A DNA stretch of 43,775 bases, from contig NW_021834973.1 in the NCBI RefSeq assembly GCF_006345805.1, positions 1 through 43,775 on the forward strand, written 5' to 3'. Position 1 is the stretch's first letter. The number at the start of each line of letters is the position of its first letter. The notes under the pieces are model-generated. The model was not told the origin of the DNA. It was given only the letters and a program-made list of their open reading frames with translations, and did not search any database. Shown in pieces: positions 23,919 through 36,333 of this stretch. The translations under genes were made by a program, and so were the position numbers. The stretch comes from Octopus sinensis (Eukaryota).

Positions 23919-24847
23919 TCCATTTAGCTTCAAAGAGGTACTGCAACAAAGAAGTGCTTTACAGACTCACAGACTCGACGGATTTAGCCTCACTAAGCAT
24001 AAATAGCAAGACATTGTGACAAACGATCTAATACCATAATAAAGAACCCTGTCTTTTCTTTGCATTCTCGTCTCCTTTCTTTCCGTTGCGCACATTTCTG
24101 GCATGAATTTATCACACGATTCATGTAATGTAATGTAACAATAATAACGATGTTGAGCTTTTTGACAGTAAATGTGCTCTGTGATATGTTGGTCTCTATG
24201 TTGCAATATTGTCACATTATGTATGAGTATCACCGCGCTCAAACAATGGTAGAGAAATAAAATCAAAGAAAGACAGGTAAGGGTGTTTTCTCGAAAAGTA
24301 AGTGTAAAAACGCCACGCAGGGTTGTCGAAATGAGTTTTTAAAAAGCAGTGTGCAAAGAAGTTGGTGTGTAATTTCACGACTTCCATAAGATTACAAGCA
24401 AATCTCTTGAGACAAACCATTTTAATGTATTTTCTTATAAATCTTGAGACAACATGGCCCACTTTAAAGATAGGACGGGGAACGGCCAGAAACAGCGATC
24501 GAATATTTGGTTTGACTGGAGCAAAGGGTCCACTCAAGTAGAAATATTCAGCAATAACCCCAACAACAACAACAACAATAACTATATCAACGAAGAAAAA
24601 AGTTCTATTAGTGTATACGCCAACCTCCTCCTCCCTTTTCTTCGTCGTCTCCTTCCTCCCATTTTCTGTCAATTGCTGTTCCTCTTTCCCTCACCTTTCA
24701 CTTTCTCCTCTTCACACCCTCTCGTTCAGTTTTTTTTCCATTTTCTAGCTTATTCCCGTTCATATTCTCATTTTCTCTCCCTTTCTCTCTCTTTTTCTCT
24801 AATTCACTTACATCCTTTTATCTTCATTTCCTCTCTCTCTCTCTTAT

Positions 24848-25240
24848 CTCTTTTACTTGTTTCAGTCATTTGACTGTGGCCATGCTGGAGCACCGCCTTT
24901 AGTCGCGCAAATCGACCCTAGGACTTATTCTTTGTAAGCCTAGTACTTATTCTATCGGTCTCTTTTTCCGGGGACGTAAACACACCAGCATCGGTTGTCA
25001 AGCGATGTTGGGGGGGGGGACACAAACACAGACACACAAACATACACACCCACAAATATATAAATATACATATATACGACGGGCCTCTTTCAGTTTCCGT
25101 CAACCAAATCCACTCACAAGGCTTTGGTCGGCCCTAGGCTATAGTAGAAGACACTTGCCCAAGGTGCCACGCAGTGGGACTGAACCCGGAACCATGTGGT
25201 TGGTAAGCAAGCTACTCACCACACAGCCACTCCTACGCCT
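24848..25240 (-). mobile_element. SINE family B
   Basis: Aligns with 5851-6249. Confidence 0.85.
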
Positions 25241-26628
25241 ATGTAGGAGTGGCTATATATACTTCCTTTGTTTCATCCTCGACCCCCTCCCTCATTCTAT
25301 CCTTTTCTCATTTTTATCCCTTCTCTATCTCAACTCCTTGCACAATTTTCATCTCCTGTCCAAATACTTTCTATTTTATATTGTATTTTCCCCATGTATT
25401 TCGACATAAGAGAGCAGAAAGAATTATTGCATTACGTCACCTTTCAAAAACTTCCTTTATTCCCAAATTAACTCCCTTTACTACCGAATTAAAGAAAAAC
25501 AAAATGGCCGTAAGAAATTCCTTTAAGTTTTAATGTTGTTGTTGCTGTTATTATTAGCAGTATTATTGCTACATAGTGATTGAGAGAATCGTTTGTAGCG
25601 AATCTCTTATGAGAAAGGGAAAACTACGGATACATACATAATCCAGAGACTGGGAAATATTATAAGTGATAACAATATTTTGTCATATATTTAAATATTT
25701 ATATGTATGTATGTAAATTGGTGACCTCAACTTGACTGAAAAGTCCAGCACAGCACCTGTGTCCGCTGTGTATAGTTGATGGCTGTTAAATGAGAAAGAA
25801 AACCTGGTAATGAAAACCAGTGAAACAGATGCCGTCATGGGGATCTGTCAGAATAAGAGGATCTGAAAGGAAAGCGCATGAGCTTTATGCTTTCTGAGGG
25901 ATGGCTCACTTCTTGTACAACTTCGACTTTTGTCGTGGTTGTAGTAAAGAATGCTCAGTCCATAACATCAATGTTTCGAAACAGCGTCGCGAAACCAATT
26001 TTCATTCAAAAGCAGACGACATTTATAGGAACATGTTTTATTTCAAAATAATATGATAGAATAGCTGTGAACATTTTTCAAAACGAATATAGGTGATGTA
26101 TTTCACCATTGTTACATTAGTAACACGGATGAGGTAGTGCTGTTACAGATTTTGCAGTTAAGAATAGTTACGTGACTTCTTAGTTCACATTTAAACTGCA
26201 AATCAAATATGAGGGTGCCACTTAGTATAATTGGAATCAGAAACGAATATAGTTTTCCCTTTGCCATAACAGATTCACTACACGTTAAGAAGCTCCAGAC
26301 CAAATGCCCTAAAAGATTTATTTACAGTCCCTATATGTTTTGAGTTAGAATACAATGAAGGTCACCTTTCTCTTTCCTCTCTTTAAGAGTGTGTCTATAA
26401 AGTACCAGTAATATACTGTGACAATTCAACACTATATCTCCAAGGAATCGGTGACCTTGTATTATTAGAAATTAGTTTACCTCTCATCCTCCTGGGGAAG
26501 GGGCGTTAAAACAAGTCCCAGACATGAACTGATGTCTATGCAACCGACTGTACTCTCCTGCAAATTGTATGAACTTGTGTTTATGTTCGGATATAGTTAT
26601 CATTATTATTGTCATTATCGTGTTTCAG

Positions 26629-26878
26629 GGCACAGCAGAAAAAAGTTCCTGCCCATGAACGTGACTGGACGCAATCCGAATTATTACGCATGATTCAGGC
26701 GAATGAAGAGGTCAACGAACCGAAATCTCCAGCCCAGGCTCCCGTGCAGAGCACTCCACGACCTCGTGTAAGCCCACCGAAAAAAGCGGCCCAGCCACCA
26801 CCACCACCGTCACCTAAACCCGTCAACGTTTCGCCTGTACCTCCAGCCTATATAGACACGGGTGTTTCCGACTTCTAA
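26629..26878 (+). CDS. Terminal coding exon B: Pro-rich soluble C-terminus AQQKKVPAHERDWTQSELLRMIQ...PPPPPSPKP...DTGVSDF*
   Basis: Acceptor tcgtgtttcag at 26628, phase 2. GC-rich open frame to TAA 26876-26878, followed by long A/T-tract, SINE-free, UTR-like sequence. Confidence 0.75.
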
Positions 26879-28230
26879 AAGCTAAATTTTATCTGAAATA
26901 TTAGAACGAAGTGCCTTATATTTTCTCTTCATTTTTTTTTTTGCAAAAACCCACCCTCTTCTATGCCTTCTTCTTGTTCTTGTTGTTGGCCTACTATGTA
27001 TGATAGGACAAACACCACACATATTCATATACATATAAAAGTAATATAATATATAAATTATATATTTATACATGCAATATGCTATATTTATTTACATATA
27101 TATATATATATGAAAAAATTAACATTTATAAATAAGCTGAGATAAATTCGCTCTAAAAGATATAGAATATGATACACTGATATAAATTATAAATACCATA
27201 AACCATATAATATACGTGATATGATAAGGATATAAATGTTATATGGTTATATTAATAGGATATGGTGTGGTATTGATATAAAAGTCGATGTGTAGATGCA
27301 TAGTAAAATAATACTTCGCCATATTGCACCATGAATCTTGTTATAGATAATACCATCTATAATATAGCAATAAAATAAAATAGGAAAATATGATAACTAA
27401 CGTAAATATGTCGTTTATTTTTTGTAAAGAATAGATTTATATAGGGGAGCTGACTATTAATTCAGCGGAGGAGGGCACTCGGAAAGATATTTAGCAAGTT
27501 AACACCATTAATGTAGACGTTGACGTGGTGATGTACGCAAAACGACGAGCTATCGAGAAAGAATGGACATAAAAGACCAAGCCTATTATTATTATTATTA
27601 GTATCATTATTATTTTTATCAGTAATAATCGTAATAATAATAGCTGTAATAACAACAGCAATAATACTAGTGACAAGAATAATTTAAAAAAACTGATATA
27701 TAGTCAGATCAATAATGCTTTATTCGTCACTAAAACATCTGGACAAAGGTTAGAACTAATAATTTTACAAATGATAATAATAATACTAACAATAAGGGCA
27801 ACAACGACATCAAGAATGCAAGGTTTTTTTTCTCTTTCAATGTTTGCTAACATAGGTGGTGCGTGATCGACAGCTCTAACCACTTCCGGTATGGTTACAA
27901 CAACGGCAGGTGTTAAGGTAGTTTCAGAAGCAAAAATAAAAAAAATAAAAAATTGAACAACTGTTTAATGGGAATTATTTCATATTTATCGAAATTCTAG
28001 CTCTTTATATTTTCTAACTTGAAATAAGAGCTATTTGCCCGATTGTCTTCCATATTGAAATTAAATTTTCGATATATACTCACGCATATACGCACGTATA
28101 TATATATATATATATATATATATTGGCGTTGACGACGAAAAATAGTCATGTGGATGTGTTCCAAGCTAGTCTGCTAGTATTTTGTTATCGTTGTAATGGC
28201 AAAAGGCACAGCAAACATAACAGAGAGGAA

Positions 28231-28281
<51 letters not shown>

Positions 28282-31031
28282 ATATATATCCAGTAGATTA
28301 TGAAAATAAAAACGACAAAAGAAAGCCTGATAAATTATCGTTTGTGGGACAACAAAGTATATTAATAATTGAGAAATAATGTGATTTTCGATAAAAAAAA
28401 ATAACAAAAAACATTATTATTGGTTTCACTGAAATGGCAAATAAATAAAATGATCGAAATAAAAATAAACAAAACTAAAAGGGAAATAAATCCCTGAACA
28501 AAACCCACAAGATAAATTAAATATAAACAACAGAAGTTTAGCCCCCCCCCCCAAACCTATTTGAATGAACGGTTGATTAAATATATATAAAACCGTTAAG
28601 TCACAATAAAATATTTATCTTCTTTTATTACGTAAGATTCAAAGGAAAAAAAAAGCAAACAAAAACAATAATTTGGTTGTGTTTCTCTTAAATATCTTAT
28701 ATACACATATGGAATCATATGTCGTTTATTTGTTGGGTTGATTGATTGGTTGTTTTGTTGTTGTTGTTGATTTTTTTCTAAAAATAATTTAAATTAAAAA
28801 GAACCCCTACAAAAAAAGATTGTTGATTTAATTTAAAAAATTATTAGAAATTTATATATTTTAATTATTACAAAATGATTCAATTATATTGTATACAAAA
28901 TGATATGCAATGACTAAATATGGCCAAGCTGGTTTCTTTTTCTTTCAAAGTTATTATTCTAATCATATTTACAATGGGAAACTTGGTGCAGAGAAGTCTA
29001 TGTAGAGACATATTTATATCCCGATGAAAATAAAATTGGCAGATCGTGGGGAAAAAAAAAGCACGCAAAAAATAAAAACGAAAAAGGAAGGAAACATGGT
29101 GGTTATGTGGAGAGGAATAATTCACTGTTTCAGTGTAGAGCAGACGAAGATATTTTCCGGTCCAAAACATGAACGCACACTAAAAATAATGAAGGAAAAA
29201 TGAATGAAAAGAAGGAATGATATAATATTATATGCTTTTATTTTGATTTGATGATAATCTAGAATGATGCCCCAGTAAAATATCAACAACAACAACAGTA
29301 ACAATATAAAGCAATAATACTAATGAGGTACAATCGGATGTTTCTCTTCAAATATCCGCCATGTTTGTTATTTCAAATAATTTGTATAACTTGTCACTAA
29401 AAAGAACGACCAAAACACAGATTTATAAAAATTACTCAACTGTGCATGCACCTACGTCATTTTTATCCAATGGCCGATAAAATTAGATATGATTAAAAGA
29501 CCTGATAACAGAACAAGAGAAACAGTGAATACGAATAACGAAAAAGCCGCACAAATTAAATAAAAGAAAAAAATTGCTTTAAAGGAGAAAATCACAAACC
29601 ATCGAGAAAATATCGAGGTTTATTTTTTAACTAATATTGTGTGATATATCCAAAGGATTCTTTATCCCTTTCTTTAATCCTTCCAAGTCTTCCAAGACCT
29701 AGCTTATTTATTGATCTATTGATTGATTTAATCAGAACAGTATTGGCCTTAATGTACGAGTATATACTCTGTAGGACTGTTAATGAAATAATGATATTTC
29801 TTTACTAGTTATCTTTTCAAGGCATCTTATGTTTAATTGTGCAAGTAGCAATCATTAAAGTACAACTAATTGGTACAAAAACAATATCAACTAAACAATT
29901 AAAATCTAGATTGCTACCTGATGCATGTCACGTGATAAAGACTTGTTGAATGAACTATCGCTGCTACCACCCGCCATATATTTTTTTTCCTATCCTTTTC
30001 TTTGTTAAAATTGTTTAGTAAAAAACACGAAAAGAAAATCAAAAAAGAACAATCGATACAGGCCTTCATTTGTTGCTTGATAATGTGTTATTCTTCCCAT
30101 CTAAACAAATGAAACCCAACCAAGGAAATGAAGGGAAAACGAATTTTTTTCTTTTCCTCCAGAGAAGAAAGGGAAATGTGTTTGTCATATCGGCTGAAGC
30201 AACAATTGAAGACTTACTTTCTTTGATAATTTATTATTTTCTTCAATTTTTTTTTTTAGATGATTCAGTCTGGTTTATTACTTTTATAGACGAGACAAAT
30301 AAAGCCCCCTTTTTTGACAACATAATATGTTTGGTGTTCTTTTTTGTATTGTGTTGATATTGCGTGCCATTGTAAGCGAACCAAAGAGTACTCAATGCAT
30401 ATTATAGAGCCTGTGTATCATAGAAGTCAGCTGATGTCTCACACGGTTTACTCTACGGTGTTTCCCACCATGTGTGTTATACTAGGAGACATCAATATTT
30501 CATGTATATATATATATGTAAAACAAAGTGAAGTTGTAAGGTACCGCACGTGTGGAAATATATAAAGAAGTTTTGAAAATGCAATTTTAAAGATGTTTAT
30601 TCACTTGTACAAAAAATGCTAAAACAGGTTGGTTCATCTCAAATTCTTTGTAAACTCCTAAATATACTCCTTCTGTATATATATATATATATATATATAC
30701 TACCAAACAAACATGATTTTTATTGATCTCTTAATACTTTTTCTGTGTATGTATATAGATACTTCCAAGTAAACATAATTTTTATTGAACTCCTGATAAT
30801 TTTTGTTTACATTTTTTCTCAGATATTTCCTCGTAAACTGTTTTTAACATTTTATTTTTATTATCAAAGAATGTATATATGTATTTTAATGCATTTGTGA
30901 CAACCAGTGCTTAACACAACAAACCTCATACAAAGCTTTACATTTTACTTTTGACAATCTTTTTCTAAAAAAGTGAAATCGGTCAAGTGGATAAACATCG
31001 TTAAAATTGCATTTTCAAACCTTCTTTCATG

Positions 31032-31102
<71 letters not shown>

Positions 31103-31251
31103 AAAAAGGAGATGTGAAACGCGAGTTGTGATATATAAAAAAAAGAAATGAAGAAAATGCTGACAAAATAATTTAAGTAATTAAGTAATTTAATTAGGTG
31201 AAAGTTCTTTTTACCGGTTGCGCATTTGTTATGCTTATCAAAAGTTTTTTC

Positions 31252-31291
<40 letters not shown>

Positions 31292-31732
31292 TATATAGTA
31301 CAGTATAAGTAACGAAGTATCATCAGAGACGTGGTTCGTAAAACCTCAACAGAGAAATATTATCTGAAAAGGCTTAGCAAACAGTCGTTTCATTGGAAAG
31401 GTCAGGCAAGTCGTAAACATTTCTACACATTTATTTCCCCAATTAATTTGTAATAAACATCGGAATCTCTCATAATTGTGAACTAAAAAGATCACCCGTT
31501 CGTTACACACACACACACACGTGTGCGTGTGTGTATAACGAAAGGGTAATGTTGCTAGTTCACAATTATATATATATATAGTGTGTCTATGGCCAGCTGG
31601 AGGAGTGTGTCCTCCTGGGGCTAAAAACTACAGTAGCATCCACCCTTAGGGGTTAGCCATATTGAAATGGCAAATATACGTCACGATGTGTTACCGCTAC
31701 TGTATATAACTCACTTTGATATTTATCATTGT

Positions 31733-31766
<34 letters not shown>

Positions 31767-32494
31767 ATATATAAATATGTGTGTGTTGTGTGTGTGTGTG
31801 TGTGTGTGTGTTGTGTGTGTGTAAGCAAAGAATGAGATAGAATAATTTCAAAATCTATAGCTTTCACAAAATTGATGCAAAAATCGATGTAAAATAATTT
31901 AATTACTTTGATAATAATCTTTTCGTACTGAACAAAAGTTATTTTAAATTCTAATTTTTGTTCTTTCACTTCAAATCTATTTTTGCTAATTTTAACAAAA
32001 GGATTTTTTTTTATTGTTTTTGTTTAAAGTGAAAGACGCCTCTCCTTTTTAGACTTATTGGCCACACAAATATCAGAATACTCCCGAAACTATATTTTTT
32101 TCTAATAAAAGTTATAAATAGTTCCAAGACTATACCAAAGACTGGCAGAGAAGAAAGACGATCAGACATTGGATTAACAAGTATATCAGATGATTATAAT
32201 GCCATAAAAAAAGTAAATAAAACTGAGGCAAGCAGAAAAAGGGCCTATCATCGCCGGAGAACAAATTTATGAAGCTATTATTTCGTAACAGTGAGAGAAC
32301 AATTATGTGTACAGCGGAAGATGAACGATGGGGTACACAACTCTTCTCTGTATGACATCTGATAGTCCTTGTTTCAGTTGTATTTCTCTCAAATACGGCT
32401 ATGGTTTAGACTCGTTTAAAAGCTTGAATGAATATAAGAACCGCCTTTTGGATCCTCTGTGTTTAGGTGCATAACAGGCATTCATACTGCTATA

Positions 32495-33044
32495 GAGTAA
32501 GCCCTCGCCATATCGCGGGGACCTATCGCGGTTTATTATCTAAGCTCACGCCGATTTCTCCGTGGCGTTGTTTTGCCTTTATAATAAAACAAATATATTG
32601 TTTGTTCCTTCTTGAGCCATGCCTGACTCATAAGGGCCGGTTTCCCGGTTTCTTGGCGTATAGGTTCCCCACCTGGACGAGACGCCGGACCGTCGCAGGT
32701 GAGCTGCTAGATGCAGTAGGAGAGAGTGAGAGAAAGTTGTGGCGAAAGAGTCAGCAGAAGTTCGCCATTACCTTCTGCCGGAGCCGCGTGGTGCTTAGGT
32801 GTTTCGCTCATAAGCACACACATCGCCCGATCTGAGATACGAACCCGCGATCCCTCGACTGCGAATCCGGTGCTTTAACCACTAAGCCATGTACCTCCAC
32901 AAAAAAAACCCAACAAATATATACAAATCATAAAAATAATAATAATAATATACAGTACAGTACTGTTTCTACTTCGCGGATTTTCAAATATCGCGGGGGA
33001 TTTTGGAACGTAACACCCGCGATAGTCAAGGGATTTCAGTACTG
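32495..33044. mobile_element. pogo/Tigger-like MITE interrupted by a SINE
   Basis: Left end ta|gagtaagccctcgccatatcgcgg and right end ggaacgtaacacccgcgatagtcaagggatttcagtactg are loosely inverted and resemble Tigger-type termini. Confidence 0.45.
32598..32900 (-). mobile_element. Diverged SINE family C-like copy
   Basis: Shares gagtgagagaaagttgtgg.gaaagagt and the tRNA-like head, but has a different 3' part. Confidence 0.7.
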
Positions 33045-33974
33045 CAGAAAACTATCAACCGATTTTAAGCTACATGTGTATGTCCCAGTTGCTCTACTCC
33101 GTTTAGTTAAGCCTTTAATAATAAATCATGTGTTCGGGAATAGTTAAAGGAAATGCATATTCATTGATTAAATAACAATACAGCATCTAAACATGACATA
33201 TACGGCTGTATCTTGTTTTTCTGTCCACAAAAATAATGTACAAACAGACGCATGGTTTATGTGACACGTAACATAGCTTTGACTAAGAACAAACTATCAA
33301 TATATTCACTAGCATAAGGCACACAGCTTTACACATATAAAGTTTTGCACTACATACAATGATGTGTCTTGTTGATGAGCAGTCGATTTTTACAGAGAGC
33401 TAATTAAAAATGTATACAATTATGCACTTAAATATACTGGAAACAATTTTTTATCTACAACTGCAAACATGAAAATAGCAGAAGGAGGCTCCAGATTTTG
33501 AAAGCACACTGGTTCGTAAGTTACATGAGCATCAGTCGAATAAAAGACCTCTTATAACTGTGTATACATATGTCAGAATCTAACCCACGTGCGTTTGTTT
33601 TTTTTTTCCTGGCTCTCTTCTTTATATCGACTCTCTTCTCTTCTTCCTTGCTTCTCCCGGAATTCATTGCAGTGAACCGTAGAAGTACTACGTCAAAAGC
33701 GTAACTTCTATTTTTCCATTCTTCTTTGAACGTCAATTTAATATTATGTACTTAATTGTGTACGTTTATTACTTCTTCCTATGTGCATTTGTTCAGATAA
33801 TATATATATATACAGTAAAAGAGTGTATATATATATATTCTACATTGAGAGAAGAAAGAGATGGACGCTTCAATTCTATGCAGCTGCCGCATTATGTCGT
33901 ACGCGAATGAGAGGATTTGCATCCCCAACCAAGAATTTTTGATGTAACACATGTCCTTGTGGAAGCTGTTGTGC

Positions 33975-34052
33975 GCGGCTGAAGAAGGCCACAGACATAC
34001 ATTATGCATTGTTATAAATCTGTCTAATAAAGGCCCGAAACATATGTACCGC
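33975..34052 (+). ncRNA. Hammerhead ribozyme-like fold, type I, copy 1
   Basis: Stem I GCGG/CCGC; CUGAAGA at 33979-33985; stem II GGCC/GGCC with one A.C mismatch or single-base indel at its base; GAAA at 34037-34040; palindromic stem III ACAUAUGU; GUA triplet at 34046-34048. Confidence 0.7.
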
Positions 34053-34084
34053 TGAATCCTTCGCATCATGTTTTTATTTTGATC

Positions 34085-34132
<48 letters not shown>

Positions 34133-34181
34133 AATGAAAGAATTTTTGATGTAACACATGTCCTTGTGGAAGCTGTTGTGC

Positions 34182-34259
34182 GCGGCTGAAGAAGGCCACA
34201 GACATACATTATGCATTGTTATAAATCTGTCTAATAAAGGCCCGAAACATATGTACCGC
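34182..34259 (+). ncRNA. Hammerhead ribozyme-like fold, type I, copy 2 (tandem, +207 nt)
   Basis: Identical to copy 1: CUGAAGA at 34186-34192 and GUA at 34253-34255. Confidence 0.7.
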
Positions 34260-34290
34260 TGAATCCTTCGCATCATGTTTTTATTTTGAT

Positions 34291-34334
<44 letters not shown>

Positions 34335-34368
34335 GAAAGAATGGAGTCGAACGACGATTTTAACAAAA

Positions 34369-34467
34369 TTCCTTTATTCTCGACATATGTTTCGAAGACT
34401 GCATATTCTTAATTCCGAAGGAATAAAGGGTGCATTATGCCGCCTTCTCATCAGGAAAGACAAGGAA
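34369..34467 (-). ncRNA. Hammerhead ribozyme, type I, canonical core
   Basis: Minus strand reads UUCCUUGUCUUUC-CUGAUGA-GAAGGCGGCAUA...UAUGCAGUCUUC-GAAA-CAUAUG-UC/GAGAAUAAAGGAA. Stem II pairs 11 of 12 bp. Stem I is 4 bp + 3x3 internal loop + 6 bp. GUC triplet. Confidence 0.85.
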
Positions 34468-34677
34468 CCTATGTCAGCATCATGACGAACAAAAACTTTT
34501 AGATGACTGCCCACATGGAGTCCACAAAAAACACACAAATTTCCACACGAAAACACGTGATTTCTGCCCTTGGCATGTAGCTTCAACCGTGTTTTCTGAC
34601 GTGAATTTGCTACCCGGGTATCGGTTAACCGAATTGTCCATACTAGGATAATTCATTCACCTACTTATATATATATT

Positions 34678-34713
<36 letters not shown>

Positions 34714-35259
34714 TATGGTATTTGTTAGGACGACCACCTCAAATGAAGACCGAATTCGATGCATTTGCAGAGTAACGATGTTATTGTAACTACTGGAAAG
34801 TTCAGCATCTCAAAATATCTTGCATCTTTAGTGGAAGAAACCACCAATCGCGTGAAACATTAAGCACTACTGTAAGAACCACAATTATAAAATATCATGT
34901 GTGTGCGTGCGTGCGTAAGTTATTGTCTCTGCTGCCAATCGATTGACAACCGGTGTTGCTTTGTTTACGTCTCCGTAAGCTAGCGATTCGGCAAAAGAGC
35001 ACGGTAGAACAGGTAAACTTAAGTACTAGGGCAATCCGTTCGATCGAAACCTTTCCAGGTGGTGCTCCAGCATAGTCGCAATTCAATGACAAACAAATAA
35101 AGGATTTTAAAATATCCATTGTGTATGTGTGAGTATTTTTTTTTTTTTTGCCGGTACAAACCCGTACTTCCTTCCTTTCAAAAGTTAAGATAGCCAATCG
35201 AAAAATAGGATCAAAGGTTAAAAGATAAATGGAATGAATTTGAAACAATAACAGTATTA

Positions 35260-35469
35260 CTCTTTTACTCTTTTACTTGTTTCAGTCATTTGACTGCGGC
35301 CATGCTGGAGCACCGCCTTTAGTCGAACAACTCGACCCCGGGACTTATTCTTTGTAAGCCCAGTACTTATTCTATCGGTCTCTTTTTTCCGAACCGCTAA
35401 GTGACGGGGGCATAAACACAGCAGCATCGGTTGTCAAGCAATGCTAGGGGGACAAACACAGACACACAA

Positions 35470-35504
<35 letters not shown>

Positions 35505-35676
35505 CATATATACGACAGGCTTCTTTCAGTTTCCGTCTACGAAATCCACTCACAAGGCTTTGGTTGGCCCGAGTCTATAGTAGAAGACATTTGCCCAAGG
35601 TGCCACGCAGTGGGACTGAACCCAGAACCATGTGGTTGGTAAACAAGCTACTTACCACACAGCCACTCCTGCGCCT
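35260..35676 (-). mobile_element. SINE family B
   Basis: Aligns with 5851-6249. Confidence 0.88.
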
Positions 35677-35878
35677 ATCAGGATAAAAGAAATATAGGAT
35701 AAAAGAAATATAACTGGATGTTAAGTAAAGCAATGAGAGGGAAAGGAGACAGCACGTAATTGAAAACAAAACAAATAATAAAAATCTTAAGATGGAATCT
35801 TGGAACAATTTCAGTCCAATGATTGAAGCTGGTGAAGGAACAAAAATAGATAAATAAATAAATAAATAAAATAAAATA

Positions 35879-36278
35879 CAGGAGTGGTTGTGTGGTAAGT
35901 AGCTTGCCTATCAACCACATGGTTCCGGGTTCAGTCCCACTGCGTGGCACCTTGGGCAAGTGTCTTCTACTATAGCCTCGGGCCGACCAAAGCCTTGTGA
36001 GTGGATTTGGTAGACGGAAACTGAAAGAAGCCCGTCGTATATGTGTATATATATATATATATATGTACGTGTATGTTTGTGTGTCTGTGTTTGTCCCCTA
36101 GTATTGCTTGACAACCGATGCTGGTGTGTTTATGTCCCCGTCACCTAGAGGTTCGGCAAAAGAGACCGATAGAATAAGTACTGGGCTTACAAAAGAATAA
36201 GTGCCGGGGTCGAGTTGCTCGACTAAAGGCGGTGCTCCAGCATGGCCGCAGTCAAATGACTGAAACAAGTAAAAGAGT
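35879..36278 (+). mobile_element. SINE family B (head-to-head with 35260-35676)
   Basis: Reverse complement of the adjacent copy. Confidence 0.88.
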
Positions 36279-36296
36279 ATATAGATGAACCCTACA

Positions 36297-36333
<37 letters not shown>

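Larger units (their letters stand above)
33931..34336 (+). repeat. Tandem duplication (207-nt period) carrying the two + strand hammerheads and a (TA)n tract
   Basis: Units 33931-34137 and 34138-34336 are identical apart from the TA tract. AAGAAT microhomology at the junctions. Confidence 0.9.

Noticed and set aside
24253-24276. 24-nt phase-2/2 micro-exon candidate (EIKSKKD) with donor CAG|GTAAGG
   Set aside because: The acceptor is purine-rich with no pyrimidine tract, so it is unsupported without RNA data.
26670-26710. QSELLRMIQANEE faintly resembles motifs in PDZ-LIM/Zasp-type proteins
   Set aside because: It is too short to assign a family or gene symbol.
34470-34650. Minus-strand peptide LKLHAKGRNHVFSCGNL upstream of the hammerhead, faintly like the Penelope GIY-YIG region
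   Set aside because: The similarity is too weak by eye and there is no GIY/YIG motif. It needs an HMM search.
36241-36278. SINE B tail AGUC-AAAU-GACU-GAAA-CAA-GUA resembles the 3' half of a hammerhead
   Set aside because: There is no CUGANGA upstream and no stem I. It is more simply a LINE-type 3' recognition stem-loop.
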